A DNA stretch of 64,000 bases from an uncultured Collinsella sp. (GCA_900768435.1 CAAGCW010000003.1:4599-68598), one strand, 5' to 3'; positions 29,946-40,153 are shown, counted from the first letter of the stretch. Translations and numbers: made by a program. The notes: a model not told the origin generated them from the sequence alone.

Positions 29946-31703
29946 TTACTCGGCATCCTCGACCTCATACGAATCCGCCTCGGCTGGCTCATCGTTCGTC
30001 TCTGTCGCGGCCCCGCGCGCCTCGTCAAACGCTGCTTTCATGGTCTTGTTGCCCCACGTGAGCTTGCGAATGGTAAGATCGTCGGCTTTCTTGTTGGCAA
30101 GGCGCAGATTGTTCTCGGAGGACAGCAACGCCTCCTTGGTTTTCTGCAGATGGCTAATCGTCTTGTCGATCTCATCGATTGCCGTTTGGAACTTGCGGCT
30201 CGCGATCTCGTAGTTGCGGCCGAAATCGTTCTTGAACTTCTCCATCTTGGCTTCGAAGTTCGTGACATCGATATTCTGCTGCTTGTACTCCGCCAGCTCC
30301 TGCTTATAGCGAAGCGAACCCATGGCGGCATTGCGTAGCAGCGTAATGATGGGAATGAAGAACTGCGGGCGGATCACATACATCTTCTCGTAGCGATAGC
30401 TCACGTCCACGATTCCCGCGTTGTAAAGCTCGCTCTCGGGCTCGAGCAGCGTGCAGAGCACCGCGTACTCACAGCCTTTCTGGCGACGATCGTGATCGAG
30501 TTTCTTAAAGAAGTCCTCGTTTTTATGCTTGGTCGCGGTCTCGTCGTTCTCGTTTTTCATCTCGAACATAATCGAAATGACCTCGTTGCCGCTCGCGTCG
30601 CGCTCACGGAAAATGAAGTCTCCCTTGGTGCCCTCGGATGCATCGTTATCTTTCTCGAAGTACGCATTGGGAAACGCCGTCATGCGCAGACGGTTAAACT
30701 CGGTCTCGCAGTGCTGCTCGAGCGACTCGCCCACCATCTTGGTGGACAGGCGAACCTTCATGTCCTTAAGGCGCTCAATCTCTTCATCCTTGTAGCGAAT
30801 CAGGTCATCGCTCGCGCGCTTGGCCTGCGCAAGCTCGAGCTCGTGTGCCGCCTTGGCTTGCTCCTCGCGAGAATCGCGCACCGCCAGCTCGCTCGTCAGT
30901 TTGGCACGTGCCTCATCGCGTTCTCGCTCCGCCGCGGCGACCGCCTCTGACAGGTTCATTTTTGCCATCAGTTCCTGCTCGCGCAGCTGGGCACGCAGGC
31001 CCTCGGCCTCTTGCTCGGACTGAGCCTTTGCGGCGGAAAACTTCTCTTGCACCTTCGCGCGATAGTCAGTAAGCGCGCGCTCGGCCTCGCTGCGAGCGGC
31101 ATCGAGCTCACGCTGCGACTCTGCCGCGGCAGCGGCAAGCGCCATCTCCTGGGCCTTGTCCGCCGCGGCGATCCTGGCCTGCAGCTCGGCAATCTGAGCG
31201 TCGCGCGCGGACAGGTCGTTTTGAGCAGCATTGCGTGCCGCCGCCTCGGCAAGCCTGGCTTCATCATCTTTGCGCTCCAACTGCGCACGTAAATTGTCGA
31301 TCTCGCGCTGAAGCTCGGCATTCTCCTTTTGAGCATCGGAACGGGCCTCAACCGCCGCGCGCTGACTTGCACTCTCGCGCTCTGCGGCAGCGCCTTCGAG
31401 CTTGGCGTGCAGCTCGGCAAGCTCAGCGTCGCGCTTGGCAACCTCTTGTGCCAGCTGCTGAGCTGCAGCGTTCTTCTGCTCGACAAGCTGAGCGTCGCGC
31501 TGAGACTCTGCCTTTTGCAAAGCAGCCGTCGAGCGCGAGCGCTCAAGCTCCAGTGCCTGCTCGCCCTCGCGCTGGACCGCCTTCACGCGCTCATCCAGGT
31601 CGCGCGAGAACTCGGCATCGCGCACCTGCTTGACGATATCCGCATAACCGGACGCATCGACCTTAAAAACTTCGCCGCAATGCGGGCACTTGATCTCGTT
31701 CAT
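29946..31703 (-). CDS. DUF2130-family protein: zinc ribbon, long coiled coil and a PD-(D/E)xK-like nuclease-type C-terminal domain (RmuC-like organisation)
   Basis: CPHCGEVF start, about 300 aa of A/E/R/Q coiled coil, then GDFIFRERD...EMK. RBS gaggag. Confidence 0.6.
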   Translation of the reverse strand: MNEIKCPHCGEVFKVDASGYADIVKQVRDAEFSRDLDERVKAVQREGEQALELERSRSTAALQKAESQRDAQLVEQKNAAAQQLAQEVAKRDAELAELHAKLEGAAAERESASQRAAVEARSDAQKENAELQREIDNLRAQLERKDDEARLAEAAARNAAQNDLSARDAQIAELQARIAAADKAQEMALAAAAAESQRELDAARSEAERALTDYRAKVQEKFSAAKAQSEQEAEGLRAQLREQELMAKMNLSEAVAAAERERDEARAKLTSELAVRDSREEQAKAAHELELAQAKRASDDLIRYKDEEIERLKDMKVRLSTKMVGESLEQHCETEFNRLRMTAFPNAYFEKDNDASEGTKGDFIFRERDASGNEVISIMFEMKNENDETATKHKNEDFFKKLDHDRRQKGCEYAVLCTLLEPESELYNAGIVDVSYRYEKMYVIRPQFFIPIITLLRNAAMGSLRYKQELAEYKQQNIDVTNFEAKMEKFKNDFGRNYEIASRKFQTAIDEIDKTISHLQKTKEALLSSENNLRLANKKADDLTIRKLTWGNKTMKAAFDEARGAATETNDEPAEADSYEVEDAE

Positions 31704-31796
31704 GGCAGCTCCTCGATGGACGCAAATATCAATCGTCTACACTCTACCGCGCCGCACGGACAAAAAAGACGCCGCCGCCACAATGGCAACAGCGCC

Positions 31797-31837
31797 AAAA
31801 CCACCACAAAGGGGACAGGCACCTTTGTGGTGGTTTA
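31797..31837. terminator. Bidirectional terminator (perfect 15-bp stem)
   Basis: aaaccaccacaaagg / cctttgtggtggttt. Confidence 0.55.
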
Positions 31838-31842
31838 AGTTC

Positions 31843-32607
31843 TTACAGGTCGCGGTAGTCGATCAGGCGAAGATCGGGCTGAGACTCGAGCCAAGCGCGA
31901 AGCTCAGGATCGATCAGTGCATCGACTTCCTTGGTACGATCGGTCGTAAGCGAGCTGTTCTCGAGGATAAAACGATCGAGGTAGCCCGGATGGCAAACAA
32001 AGACGACCGTCTCGCCGTCCACCATCTCGCGAACCGTCTGCATAATTGCCTCTTTGGGCTCGTAGCCCGGCTCCATCGAGCGCATCACCATGCGTAGGCC
32101 GGTATCTCCGCAATGCACCACCGCCGTGGAGTCGAAGCTCGCCTTTTGCTCCTTAAGACCCAGCTCCTGGGCAACCGCCGAGATCGCTCGGTTAAGGTTT
32201 TCGCTCATGACGGCATGGGCCTCAAAGTAATCGGGCTCGCGGCCCACAATCTCGACAAAGCGGTCATGCTGCGCGCGGATCTCGATGCAGGCCTCGTCAA
32301 AGTCTACCAACTCCTCGCCGCGCTTAAAGTGCTCGCGGAAGGTACGGCTGCTATGGAACTCGCCGCGTTCGTCGAGCATGCTCGGAATGAGCGCCGGGTC
32401 GGCGCAGGGCTTGCCCAGGCACACATTGGTATGTTGACCCACCGCAATGCCGGCATCCGCCACGAGCGACCAGCCGCGTTCGGCCTCGGGCATATTCGGC
32501 ATAAGGCCAGCCGAGCGTACCAGACCCTCGTTGACGCTGCGGGCGATCCCCAAGTCAACGGCATACGAATAACCGATATCATCGGCACGAATAAGCAGTT
32601 GCTTCAC
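31843..32607 (-). CDS. ChbG/YdjC-family carbohydrate deacetylase
   Basis: YdjC-like N-terminus RADDIGYS with conserved His/Asp positions. GTG start. Confidence 0.7.
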   Translation of the reverse strand: MKQLLIRADDIGYSYAVDLGIARSVNEGLVRSAGLMPNMPEAERGWSLVADAGIAVGQHTNVCLGKPCADPALIPSMLDERGEFHSSRTFREHFKRGEELVDFDEACIEIRAQHDRFVEIVGREPDYFEAHAVMSENLNRAISAVAQELGLKEQKASFDSTAVVHCGDTGLRMVMRSMEPGYEPKEAIMQTVREMVDGETVVFVCHPGYLDRFILENSSLTTDRTKEVDALIDPELRAWLESQPDLRLIDYRDL

Positions 32608-32684
32608 AACGACTCCAATCTATGGAAAAGGGCACCTGGAGCGTAGCCAAGTGCCCCGGTAATTCTCCTACTTAAGCAGATGCC

Positions 32685-34133
32685 TTAAGCCCTGGCGGCG
32701 GCAGCATCTTCCTCGAGCTGCTCCTTGGTAAAGCCAAAGAAGTAGGCGATGGCAGCAGCGGCAACGAATGCAGCGCCCGACGCAACGCATCCCCATACGA
32801 GATTAGAGGTTCCGCCGGCAACAAATCCAGTGATGCCCAGGATATTAGTCGCGCCCAAAACATACGTCGTCACATTGGTGAGAGCAGCGATCAGGCCACC
32901 GATAGCACCGCCGGCAACCATGGCGCCCAGGCAGCGGGTGTACTTAAAGCCGCAGCCATACAGCGCGGGCTCCGTCACGCCGCCGACAATGCCGGAGAGC
33001 GAGAAACCAAGCATGGCGCCCTTTTCGTCGGTCTCCTTCAGGCGCAGGAAGGCGCCGAAGGCCATGCCCCACGTAGCGAACTGAGCGATGCCGCCCGCGA
33101 CCATAACGCAGGAGTCAGAGCCCAAGGTGAGCAGCTGCACAATGCCAAGGGTAAGCAGAACCTGGTGCATGCCGGTCATAACCAGGAACTCCCAAAGTGC
33201 GGCAATGGCAACGAGGGAGAGGATCGTGACGATGCCGCCGGCGTTGCCGAGGCCGAACATGAAGTTACCAACCACATTACCCAAGATGGAGCCAATCGGA
33301 GCCAGCGCACACAGCGAAACGGGAATCATAACGGCCATGGTGCACACGGGCACAAATACCGTAGAGAGCATGTCGGGAATGACCTTCTTCATGAACTTCT
33401 CGACGACCATGAGCACCGGCATGGACAAAACCATGGGGAGCACGGTGGCAGAATAGTTGTTCAGCTGGGCCGGCAGCACGCCATAAACCATCGTGGTCGT
33501 AGCGCCCGAATCCGCTGCTGCGTTAACCAGCGTCATGAACTCGGGGGCAATGAGCACGCCACCGAGCATCATGCCGAGCGGCTGACTGCAGCCGAGCTGC
33601 TTTGCGGCAGCCCAACCCAGATAGACAGGAAGGAAATAATAGCCGGCGTTGTAAATCCAGTTGTAGAAGAAGTTATAAATGTCGGAATCGGCAGCCCAGA
33701 TACCGAGCATACCGTCACCGCAAAGTACGGCAATGGTACGGAACATGGCGGCGCCCATGATGATGGGGATCGTCATGACCATTGTCTTGGACAGGTAGTT
33801 AAGGGTCTTCTTGCCCGCAGTCTTAAGCGTCAGCGGCTCCTTGGTGCCGTCATCGAGATTCTCGTCAATGGAGCCTTCGCCCTTAACGCCCAGCGCAATG
33901 GCAGCGTCATAGACCTTTGGCACGTTCTGGCCAATGATGACCTGATACTGGCCGCCAGACCACTGCGCACCCAGCACGCCCTTGATCTTCTTAACCTCGT
34001 CGTCATTGGGGATGGACTGATCCTTGAGGTTCAGACGCAGGCGGGTCATGCAGTGCGTCGCGTTCGTCACATTGGAGGCGCCGCCGACGGCAGCGAGCAC
34101 GTCCTCGGCAATCTTCTTGTTATCGACAGCCAT
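32685..34133 (-). CDS. PTS EIIBC component (glucose/beta-glucoside superfamily)
   Basis: N-terminal EIIB with the phospho-Cys motif CMTRLR, then a 10-TM EIIC. ATG at MAVDNKK with RBS agaaggga. Confidence 0.75.
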   Translation of the reverse strand: MAVDNKKIAEDVLAAVGGASNVTNATHCMTRLRLNLKDQSIPNDDEVKKIKGVLGAQWSGGQYQVIIGQNVPKVYDAAIALGVKGEGSIDENLDDGTKEPLTLKTAGKKTLNYLSKTMVMTIPIIMGAAMFRTIAVLCGDGMLGIWAADSDIYNFFYNWIYNAGYYFLPVYLGWAAAKQLGCSQPLGMMLGGVLIAPEFMTLVNAAADSGATTTMVYGVLPAQLNNYSATVLPMVLSMPVLMVVEKFMKKVIPDMLSTVFVPVCTMAVMIPVSLCALAPIGSILGNVVGNFMFGLGNAGGIVTILSLVAIAALWEFLVMTGMHQVLLTLGIVQLLTLGSDSCVMVAGGIAQFATWGMAFGAFLRLKETDEKGAMLGFSLSGIVGGVTEPALYGCGFKYTRCLGAMVAGGAIGGLIAALTNVTTYVLGATNILGITGFVAGGTSNLVWGCVASGAAFVAAAAIAYFFGFTKEQLEEDAAAARA

Positions 34134-34154
34134 GTCGAATCCCTTCTCTTCCAA

Positions 34155-34474
34155 CTAAAAGCTCGTGGGGCTTCACGACGCCAAGACACACGATTCTGCT
34201 CGCACCTGCGCAGCGCGCGATGCCCGTTGGCAAGAGATTTCATTGCATGTGATTCCCGGGTGGATCGACATGAAAAAAGCCCCGCGCACAACCGACAGAG
34301 ACCCAATAATGGCCTCGGCAGAATCGGTAGTGCCTCTCGGAGCTGCGCCGTGAGTAACACCCAACACACGGCGAGTATATACGGCAGACTCGTTCGCCGC
34401 GGATCAGATTACCGACGAACGGTAGCAAATGAACCGCGAACGGTCGTCGTGACAGAGGAGAAACGCCAGAAACC
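34155..34474 (-). promoter_or_regulatory. Leader region between licT-like and PTS genes with a putative RAT/terminator attenuator
   Basis: Minus-strand transcript contains GGGTGTTACTCACGGCGCAG, resembling the RAT consensus GGATTGTTACTG. A downstream GC-rich segment is followed by a T6 run. Confidence 0.35.
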
Positions 34475-35311
34475 CTAGTTATCCTGGCTGTTAGGAGCCA
34501 CGCGATTCACGTGCATGATCAGATAGACGAGCTCCTCTTGGGCCAAGGGCTCGCCAAAGGTCTCTTGAATCAGGGCGTCGACACGATGAGCACAACGCGA
34601 TGCCGCTGGATACTGCTCCACGAGCACGTCGTAGAGACCGGAGTTCTCGGTATCGATCGGTTCCTTCTTTGCCACGCGGTCGAGTAGATAGCGCACATGA
34701 GTGGCAAAGCGAGTAAAGGCGAACGACGAGCGATCGACCGTCACACCCAGCTCTTCTTGAATAATCGCGACCGTCATATCGAGCAGCCGTTCCTCGTGCT
34801 GCTCGGCAAGCACGCGCCGTTCGCTCGGCTTAACCGATGCGTTGACAATCGACATGGCAATGCCCGCGGCCTCGCTTCGGGGCATACGCACACGGAAGCT
34901 TTTCTGAATACCGCGAACAGCCAACTCGCCCAAGCGGTATTCGATGGGATGCAGCTGCTCCAGATCGCGCTCGAGCGGCAGCGACACCACCATATGCTCA
35001 CGGGCGCGCTTAATGGCAAACTGAATATGGTCTGCCAATGTAATGGGAAGATTAGGGCTCAATTCGTACGAAAGCTGTCCGGTTGCGATATCGGCCAGCT
35101 GAGCAGAAAACTCCAGCACCTCGGGATCGACCTCGTCGATAAACGCCAGGTACTTTGAATCGATGCCGTAAAAGGTGCGTGTAATAACATCCAGATCGAC
35201 CTCGTGCGGCATCTCGCCAAAACCGATGCCGCGACCCAGCGCGATAAGCTGACGCCCTGCGCCGTCTTCACAGATGGCAGCATTGTGGTTAATGCGCTGG
35301 ATAGCCCTCAT
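34475..35311 (-). CDS. BglG/LicT-family transcription antiterminator (CAT domain plus two PRDs)
   Basis: N-terminal CAT RNA-binding region and two PRD regions with conserved His. RBS aggagcg. Confidence 0.75.
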   Translation of the reverse strand: MRAIQRINHNAAICEDGAGRQLIALGRGIGFGEMPHEVDLDVITRTFYGIDSKYLAFIDEVDPEVLEFSAQLADIATGQLSYELSPNLPITLADHIQFAIKRAREHMVVSLPLERDLEQLHPIEYRLGELAVRGIQKSFRVRMPRSEAAGIAMSIVNASVKPSERRVLAEQHEERLLDMTVAIIQEELGVTVDRSSFAFTRFATHVRYLLDRVAKKEPIDTENSGLYDVLVEQYPAASRCAHRVDALIQETFGEPLAQEELVYLIMHVNRVAPNSQDN

Positions 35312-35384
35312 GAAATCTTCGCTCCTACTAAAAAGCGCCGCGCAGACCATCCACGCAGCGCGTTCATTCTACCTGCACTTGCAG

Positions 35385-35930
35385 CTATAGTCCAAAGAAG
35401 CCCAGGATCTGGTCGCGGCTTACGGGCTTGTAGCCATTGGCGTCGAGACCGACATCGTAGCGAAAGACAGGGCGCTCGCGATCGCGATTGCGCGCATTGG
35501 TGCGGTCTCCCCTACTATGGATATGCCCGTGCAGCATGATGGCGCCGCGCGCCTTGCCGTTCCAGCTGAGCATGGGGTAATGGCTCATCACCAGGCGATG
35601 GCCCTTCGCGTAACCGGGAGCGATCTCCAGATAATCGCGCACCTCATCCCAAATCTGCGGCGCGTCCGGATCCTCCCAATCGCCGTCATGGTTACCACGG
35701 ATAAGCGTCACATTCTGACATTCGATGCGCTTACGCAGGTGCACCGCCTCCGCCATGGGTAATCGATACGTAAAGTCTCCCAGGATATAGAGGCGGTCGT
35801 CCGCAGCCGCGCACTCGTTAATGGCATCGATGACCTTACGATTCATTTCCTCGACCGAGGCAAACGGCCGATCCATGTCGTGCAAGATATTCGTATCGCC
35901 CAGGTGCAGGTCGGCGGTAAACCACATCAT
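35385..35930 (-). CDS. Calcineurin-like metallophosphoesterase
   Basis: DLHLGD, GDFT, GNHD and GHIH metallophosphatase motifs. Confidence 0.65.
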   Translation of the reverse strand: MMWFTADLHLGDTNILHDMDRPFASVEEMNRKVIDAINECAAADDRLYILGDFTYRLPMAEAVHLRKRIECQNVTLIRGNHDGDWEDPDAPQIWDEVRDYLEIAPGYAKGHRLVMSHYPMLSWNGKARGAIMLHGHIHSRGDRTNARNRDRERPVFRYDVGLDANGYKPVSRDQILGFFGL

Positions 35931-35996
35931 TGTCTCTGTCCCCATTTCGCTGTGCGTATAAGACCTGTTTAGTATACAGACGCAGCGATGCGACAG

Positions 35997-36176
35997 TTAT
36001 CCAAAGAGCCCGCCGAACAAGCCTCGGCGGCGCTTGTCCTGCTTTTTCGAAGCGTCGCCCTGGGCTTGCTTGTCCTGCCGCTTTTTACGGTCCTGCTCCA
36101 GCTCATCGTCATCGAGCAGCTGATCCCACTCAAACGGATCATCTGTCAGATCGAACAGGTCGTCGTCATCAAACAT
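35997..36176 (-). CDS. Small highly acidic protein (59 aa) not in the ORF track
   Basis: MFDDDDLFDLTDDPFEWDQLLDDDELEQDRKKRQDKQAQGDASKKQDKRRRGLFGGLFG. RBS ggagg 6 nt before the ATG. Lies directly downstream of the HIRAN gene. Confidence 0.3.
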   Translation of the reverse strand: MFDDDDLFDLTDDPFEWDQLLDDDELEQDRKKRQDKQAQGDASKKQDKRRRGLFGGLFG

Positions 36177-36194
36177 GACCGCCTCCCTTCCCAG

Positions 36195-36521
36195 CTAGCG
36201 AGCATCCACCACATAGAGGCCAACGCGAACCTGATGCCACGGGCTGCGCTCGGGCGCAACCTGTTGCACACGAGCCTCAAATACGCCCTCGTGCCCGTAA
36301 TACATCATCAAGGACAGCGGGCCAACCTCGTTTCCCGGAACATACCCAAGCTTGGTCTTGCCGTAATAGATCGCAACCGCCTCGGGGTCGTGAGGGTTAT
36401 CGCGCTCGGCACACAGCGTCAGTCTATCGCCCACCTTAAGATCGCCCAGGACCAAGGCGCCGTCGGCATACTGAAATCCCGCGATATGAAATGACAGAAG
36501 AACACGTGAAGGCTCGTACAT
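36195..36521 (-). CDS. HIRAN-domain protein
   Basis: FHIAGFQYADG...ERDNPHDPEAVAIY matches the HIRAN signature. RBS agaggag. Confidence 0.6.
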   Translation of the reverse strand: MYEPSRVLLSFHIAGFQYADGALVLGDLKVGDRLTLCAERDNPHDPEAVAIYYGKTKLGYVPGNEVGPLSLMMYYGHEGVFEARVQQVAPERSPWHQVRVGLYVVDAR

Positions 36522-36596
36522 AGCAGCTCCTCTAACGGCCGGATAAACCGGCATCTAACCTTATTGAGAAGTCTACGGGCCCGTGCGGACACAATT

Positions 36597-37976
36597 CTAA
36601 TGCACGAACATGCGCACAAACTTGTGCTTCCAGCTTGCATACGGGGCGTAGCGGAACGGTACGTCGAGCCACGTCGCCTTGTTCACGATGCTCTTCTTGT
36701 GGCTAAACGTATCGAAGCTCTCGCGTCCATGGTATTGCCCCATGCCGCTCGCGCCCATGCCGCCAAAGCCCATATGGCTCGTGGCCAAGTGCATGATCGT
36801 GTCGTTGACGCATCCGCCGCCAAAGGGCACATAGCGCACAAAGCGCTGCTGAGTTGCACGGTCTTGGCTAAAGACATACAGGGCCAGCGGCGTCGGGCGA
36901 TCCGTGATAAACGTCTCGGCCTCGTCTAGGCTCTCAAACGTCAGCACCGGCAAGATAGGACCGAAAATCTCCTCCTGCATCACGGCGTCATCGGGGGCCA
37001 CACCGTCCAAAATCGTCGGCTCAATCTTGAGCGAAGCCTCGCGCGCGCCACCTCCAAGCACGACCTTATCGGGATCGAGCAGCCCGCGAACGCGAGCAAA
37101 ATGCTTGGCGTTGACGATATGCCCGTAATCCTCGTTGTCGAGCGGATGCTCACCAAACATGCGGCGGACTTCCTCCTTGATGAGGTCCAGCAGCTCGTCG
37201 TGCACGCGCGCATCGACCAGCAGGTAGTCGGGTGCCACGCAGGTCTGCCCCACGTTGAGCCATTTGCCAAAGGCGATACGCCGTGCCGCGACCTGCAGGT
37301 TTGCCGTCGCATCCACGATGCAGGGGCTCTTTCCGCCCAGCTCAAGCGTCACGGGCGTAAGGTTTTTACTCGCGCGCTCCATGACGAGCTTGCCGACCGG
37401 AACGCTACCGGTAAAGAAGATTTTGTCCCAGCACTCATCGAGGAGCGCCTCGTTCTCGGCGCGGCCACCCTCCACAACCGTCACCAGGCGCGGGTCGAAT
37501 GTCTCTTCGCAGATTTGTTTGAGCACCGCGCTCGATGCCGGAGCATAGGCACTCGGCTTGATGACCACGGTATTGCCCGCGGCAAGGGCGCCGGCGAGCG
37601 GCTCGAGCGTCAGCAAGAACGGATAGTTCCATGGAGCCATGATAAGCGTGACGCCATAGGGTACGGCCTGCGTCTTGCACACGCTCACGGCGTTGGCGAG
37701 GTCGCACGGGCGCAGGCGCGGACGACTCCATCGAGCCACGTGCGCAATCTGATGACGGATCTCGGAAAGCGAGGTGCCGATCTCGCACATATAGGCTTCG
37801 TCATGTGACTTACCCAGATCGGTCTTGAGCGCATGGGCAATATCGGCTTCGTGCGCCCGCACTGCGTCGCGCAAGCTCACGAGCGCGCGACGGCGAGCGT
37901 TGACATCAAACGTGGCGTGCGTCTTAAAATAGGCGCGCTGATCGGCAACGATGCGCGCGATTTCCTCGGTGTTCAT
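36597..37976 (-). CDS. NAD(P)-dependent aldehyde dehydrogenase
   Basis: ALDH family with ELGGKSP and a catalytic Cys region (GQTCVAPDY). Confidence 0.8.
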   Translation of the reverse strand: MNTEEIARIVADQRAYFKTHATFDVNARRRALVSLRDAVRAHEADIAHALKTDLGKSHDEAYMCEIGTSLSEIRHQIAHVARWSRPRLRPCDLANAVSVCKTQAVPYGVTLIMAPWNYPFLLTLEPLAGALAAGNTVVIKPSAYAPASSAVLKQICEETFDPRLVTVVEGGRAENEALLDECWDKIFFTGSVPVGKLVMERASKNLTPVTLELGGKSPCIVDATANLQVAARRIAFGKWLNVGQTCVAPDYLLVDARVHDELLDLIKEEVRRMFGEHPLDNEDYGHIVNAKHFARVRGLLDPDKVVLGGGAREASLKIEPTILDGVAPDDAVMQEEIFGPILPVLTFESLDEAETFITDRPTPLALYVFSQDRATQQRFVRYVPFGGGCVNDTIMHLATSHMGFGGMGASGMGQYHGRESFDTFSHKKSIVNKATWLDVPFRYAPYASWKHKFVRMFVH

Positions 37977-37984
37977 GGGCCCTC

Positions 37985-39205
37985 CTAGTTCTCGTCTTCA
38001 AACATACCACCCGCAACGACCTCGTACATATGCTCGAGCTCCAAACGGTCCATTAAAAGCGGAACGGGGTACAGGGGATTGGCCTCGGCATCGGCATGCG
38101 CCGCCATCTCAGGAATGTCGGAGCGGCGAATGCCCGTCACATATTTGGGTATGCCCAAGGCGGCGTTCATGCGGTCGACCCAATCGATAAAGGCCTCAGC
38201 AGCCACGTTGTCCAGCGCATTAGCCGGCGCAATGCCGGCCATGCGGGCGAGATCGGCGAGCTTGGGAGCAGCAGCTTCGCCATAGGCACGAAGCATATGC
38301 GGCAGGATGATAGCGTTGGCCAAGCCGTGCGGAATCCCGTAACGCCCGCCCAAGCTGTGTGCGATGGCATGCACATATCCAACATAGGAGCGCGTAAAGG
38401 CAACACCCGCCTTATACGCCGCCGAAAGCATATTGCGGCGCGCACGCATGTTCTCCCCGTGCTCATAGGCCTCGAGCAAATTGTCGTGGATGAGCTGCAC
38501 CGCCTGGCGCGCCATCTTGCGCGTGTAGGGCGTGGTGCTACGGCCGATAAAGGCCTCGACGGCATGCGTCAGGGCATCCATACCCGTCTGCCCCGTAATG
38601 GAGGCGGGCAGGCCACGTGTAAACTCGGGGTCGTGCACCGCAAAGCGCGGGATCAGCACAAAGTCGTTAATGGGATACTTGTAGTGCGTCTCGTCGTCGG
38701 TAATTACCGCTGCAAGCGTGACCTCGCTTCCCGTGCCCGCCGTGGTGGGAACGGCGATGAGCAGCGGCAGGCGACGATGGATACGCAACAGGCCGCGCAT
38801 CTTGTTGATGGGCTTCTTTGGCTGCGCGATGCGCGCGCCCACGCCCTTGGCGCAGTCCATGGCCGAACCGCCGCCAAAGCCGATAATGGCCTGGCAGGCG
38901 CTCTCTCGATACAGAGATGCCGCTTCCTCCACGTTTGAGACCGTGGGGTTCGCACGCGTTTCGGCATAGACCGCAGCGCTAATTCCCTTGGACGCGAGCG
39001 CTGTCTCGAGCGGTGCCGTGAGCCCCAGACGGGCAATGCCGGGATCTGTCACGATAAGAACATGGTGTATTGAACGCTTTTGAAGCACTGCGGGCACTTC
39101 CTCAGCGTGCTCTAAAATGCGTGGCTCGGTATAGGGCAGCACCGGCAATGCGATGCGAAAAACCGTTTGATACGTTCGGCACCAGGCGCGGCGGGCTAGA
39201 TGCAT
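37985..39205 (-). CDS. Iron-containing alcohol dehydrogenase
   Basis: Fe-ADH family motifs (GGGSAMD, HAIAHSLGG). Start at MHLARR with RBS gaaggag. Confidence 0.8.
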   Translation of the reverse strand: MHLARRAWCRTYQTVFRIALPVLPYTEPRILEHAEEVPAVLQKRSIHHVLIVTDPGIARLGLTAPLETALASKGISAAVYAETRANPTVSNVEEAASLYRESACQAIIGFGGGSAMDCAKGVGARIAQPKKPINKMRGLLRIHRRLPLLIAVPTTAGTGSEVTLAAVITDDETHYKYPINDFVLIPRFAVHDPEFTRGLPASITGQTGMDALTHAVEAFIGRSTTPYTRKMARQAVQLIHDNLLEAYEHGENMRARRNMLSAAYKAGVAFTRSYVGYVHAIAHSLGGRYGIPHGLANAIILPHMLRAYGEAAAPKLADLARMAGIAPANALDNVAAEAFIDWVDRMNAALGIPKYVTGIRRSDIPEMAAHADAEANPLYPVPLLMDRLELEHMYEVVAGGMFEDEN

Positions 39206-39222
39206 AAAGGAAGCTCCTTCAT

Positions 39223-39240
39223 TTGTTGATTGGTCAACAT
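39223..39240. promoter_or_regulatory. 18-bp palindrome TTGTTGA-TTGG-TCAACAT immediately upstream of the adh RBS
   Basis: Inverted repeat seen directly. Lies in the adh / rubrerythrin divergent region. Confidence 0.35.
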
Positions 39241-39461
39241 TTGCTCGACCGATTGTACTCATCGGAGGTCGCACGAGGTCTAGCAATCGTTAATCAATCA
39301 ACATCTACACATGCTTAAATTGTTTTATTAAAAATCATTCCTAATAGGCTTCACATTCGGTCTCATTTATGGATAATAGAACTCGTCAAGACGCACGTCC
39401 GGAGAGGGCCCTTACGGGACCGGACGAGCGCACCATCGCCATCGATCGAAAGGATCGAATC

Positions 39462-40022
39462 ATGAAGTTTGTTTGCCCCGTTTGCGGTTATGTGGAAGAG
39501 TTCGACGGCGACCAGCTGCCCGAGGATTTCAAGTGCCCCCAGTGCGGCGTTCCCGGCTCTCGCTTCCTGAAGCAGGAGGAGGGCCAGCTCGAGTGGGCTG
39601 CCGAGCACGTCGTGGGCGTCGCCAAGATGGAGGGCGTCTCCGAGGACATCGTTGCCGATCTGCGCGCCAACTTTGAGGGCGAGTGCTCTGAGGTCGGTAT
39701 GTACCTGGCCATGGCTCGCGTCGCTCATCGCGAGGGCTATCCCGAGATCGGCCTGTACTGGGAGAAGGCTGCCCACGAGGAGGCCGAGCATGCCGCCAAG
39801 TTCGCTGAGCTCCTGGGCGAGGTCGTGACCGACTCCACCAAGAAGAACCTCGAGATGCGCGTTGAGGCCGAGAACGGTGCCACCGCCGGCAAGACCGATC
39901 TCGCCAAGCGCGCCAAGGCCGCTGGTCTCGATGCCATCCACGACACCGTGCACGAGATGGCTCGCGACGAGGCTCGCCACGGCAAGGCTTTCGCCGGTCT
40001 GCTCAAGCGCTACTTCGGCTAA
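39462..40022 (+). CDS. rbr: Rubrerythrin (reverse type: N-terminal rubredoxin-like domain, C-terminal ferritin-like domain)
   Basis: CPVCG...CPQCG at the N-terminus, then a four-helix diiron E..H-motif region. Confidence 0.8.
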   Translation: MKFVCPVCGYVEEFDGDQLPEDFKCPQCGVPGSRFLKQEEGQLEWAAEHVVGVAKMEGVSEDIVADLRANFEGECSEVGMYLAMARVAHREGYPEIGLYWEKAAHEEAEHAAKFAELLGEVVTDSTKKNLEMRVEAENGATAGKTDLAKRAKAAGLDAIHDTVHEMARDEARHGKAFAGLLKRYFG

Positions 40023-40055
40023 GCCAACCGCCTGAGAGATAATCTCTAGCTCAAT

Positions 40056-40087
40056 GAGGCCCGGACCGCACGGTTCGGGCCTTTTTC
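40056..40087 (+). terminator. Intrinsic terminator after rubrerythrin
   Basis: ggcccgga / tcgggcc stem followed by T5. Confidence 0.5.
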
Positions 40088-40153
40088 GTGCCTCGCGCAG
40101 TTCTTAACGGCCCAAAATAGGACCGGCCACGGCATCAACCCCCCCGTCAAAAA

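Noticed and set aside
33165-34478. 437-aa plus-strand ORF antisense to the PTS EIIBC gene
   Set aside because: His/Arg/Gly-rich low-complexity translation. The EIIBC reading frame carries the CMTRLR motif and TM helices.
35988-36494. 168-aa plus-strand ORF overlapping the HIRAN gene
   Set aside because: Antisense to a gene with a clear HIRAN signature and RBS. Hydrophobic L/V-rich translation is typical of a GC-frame artefact.
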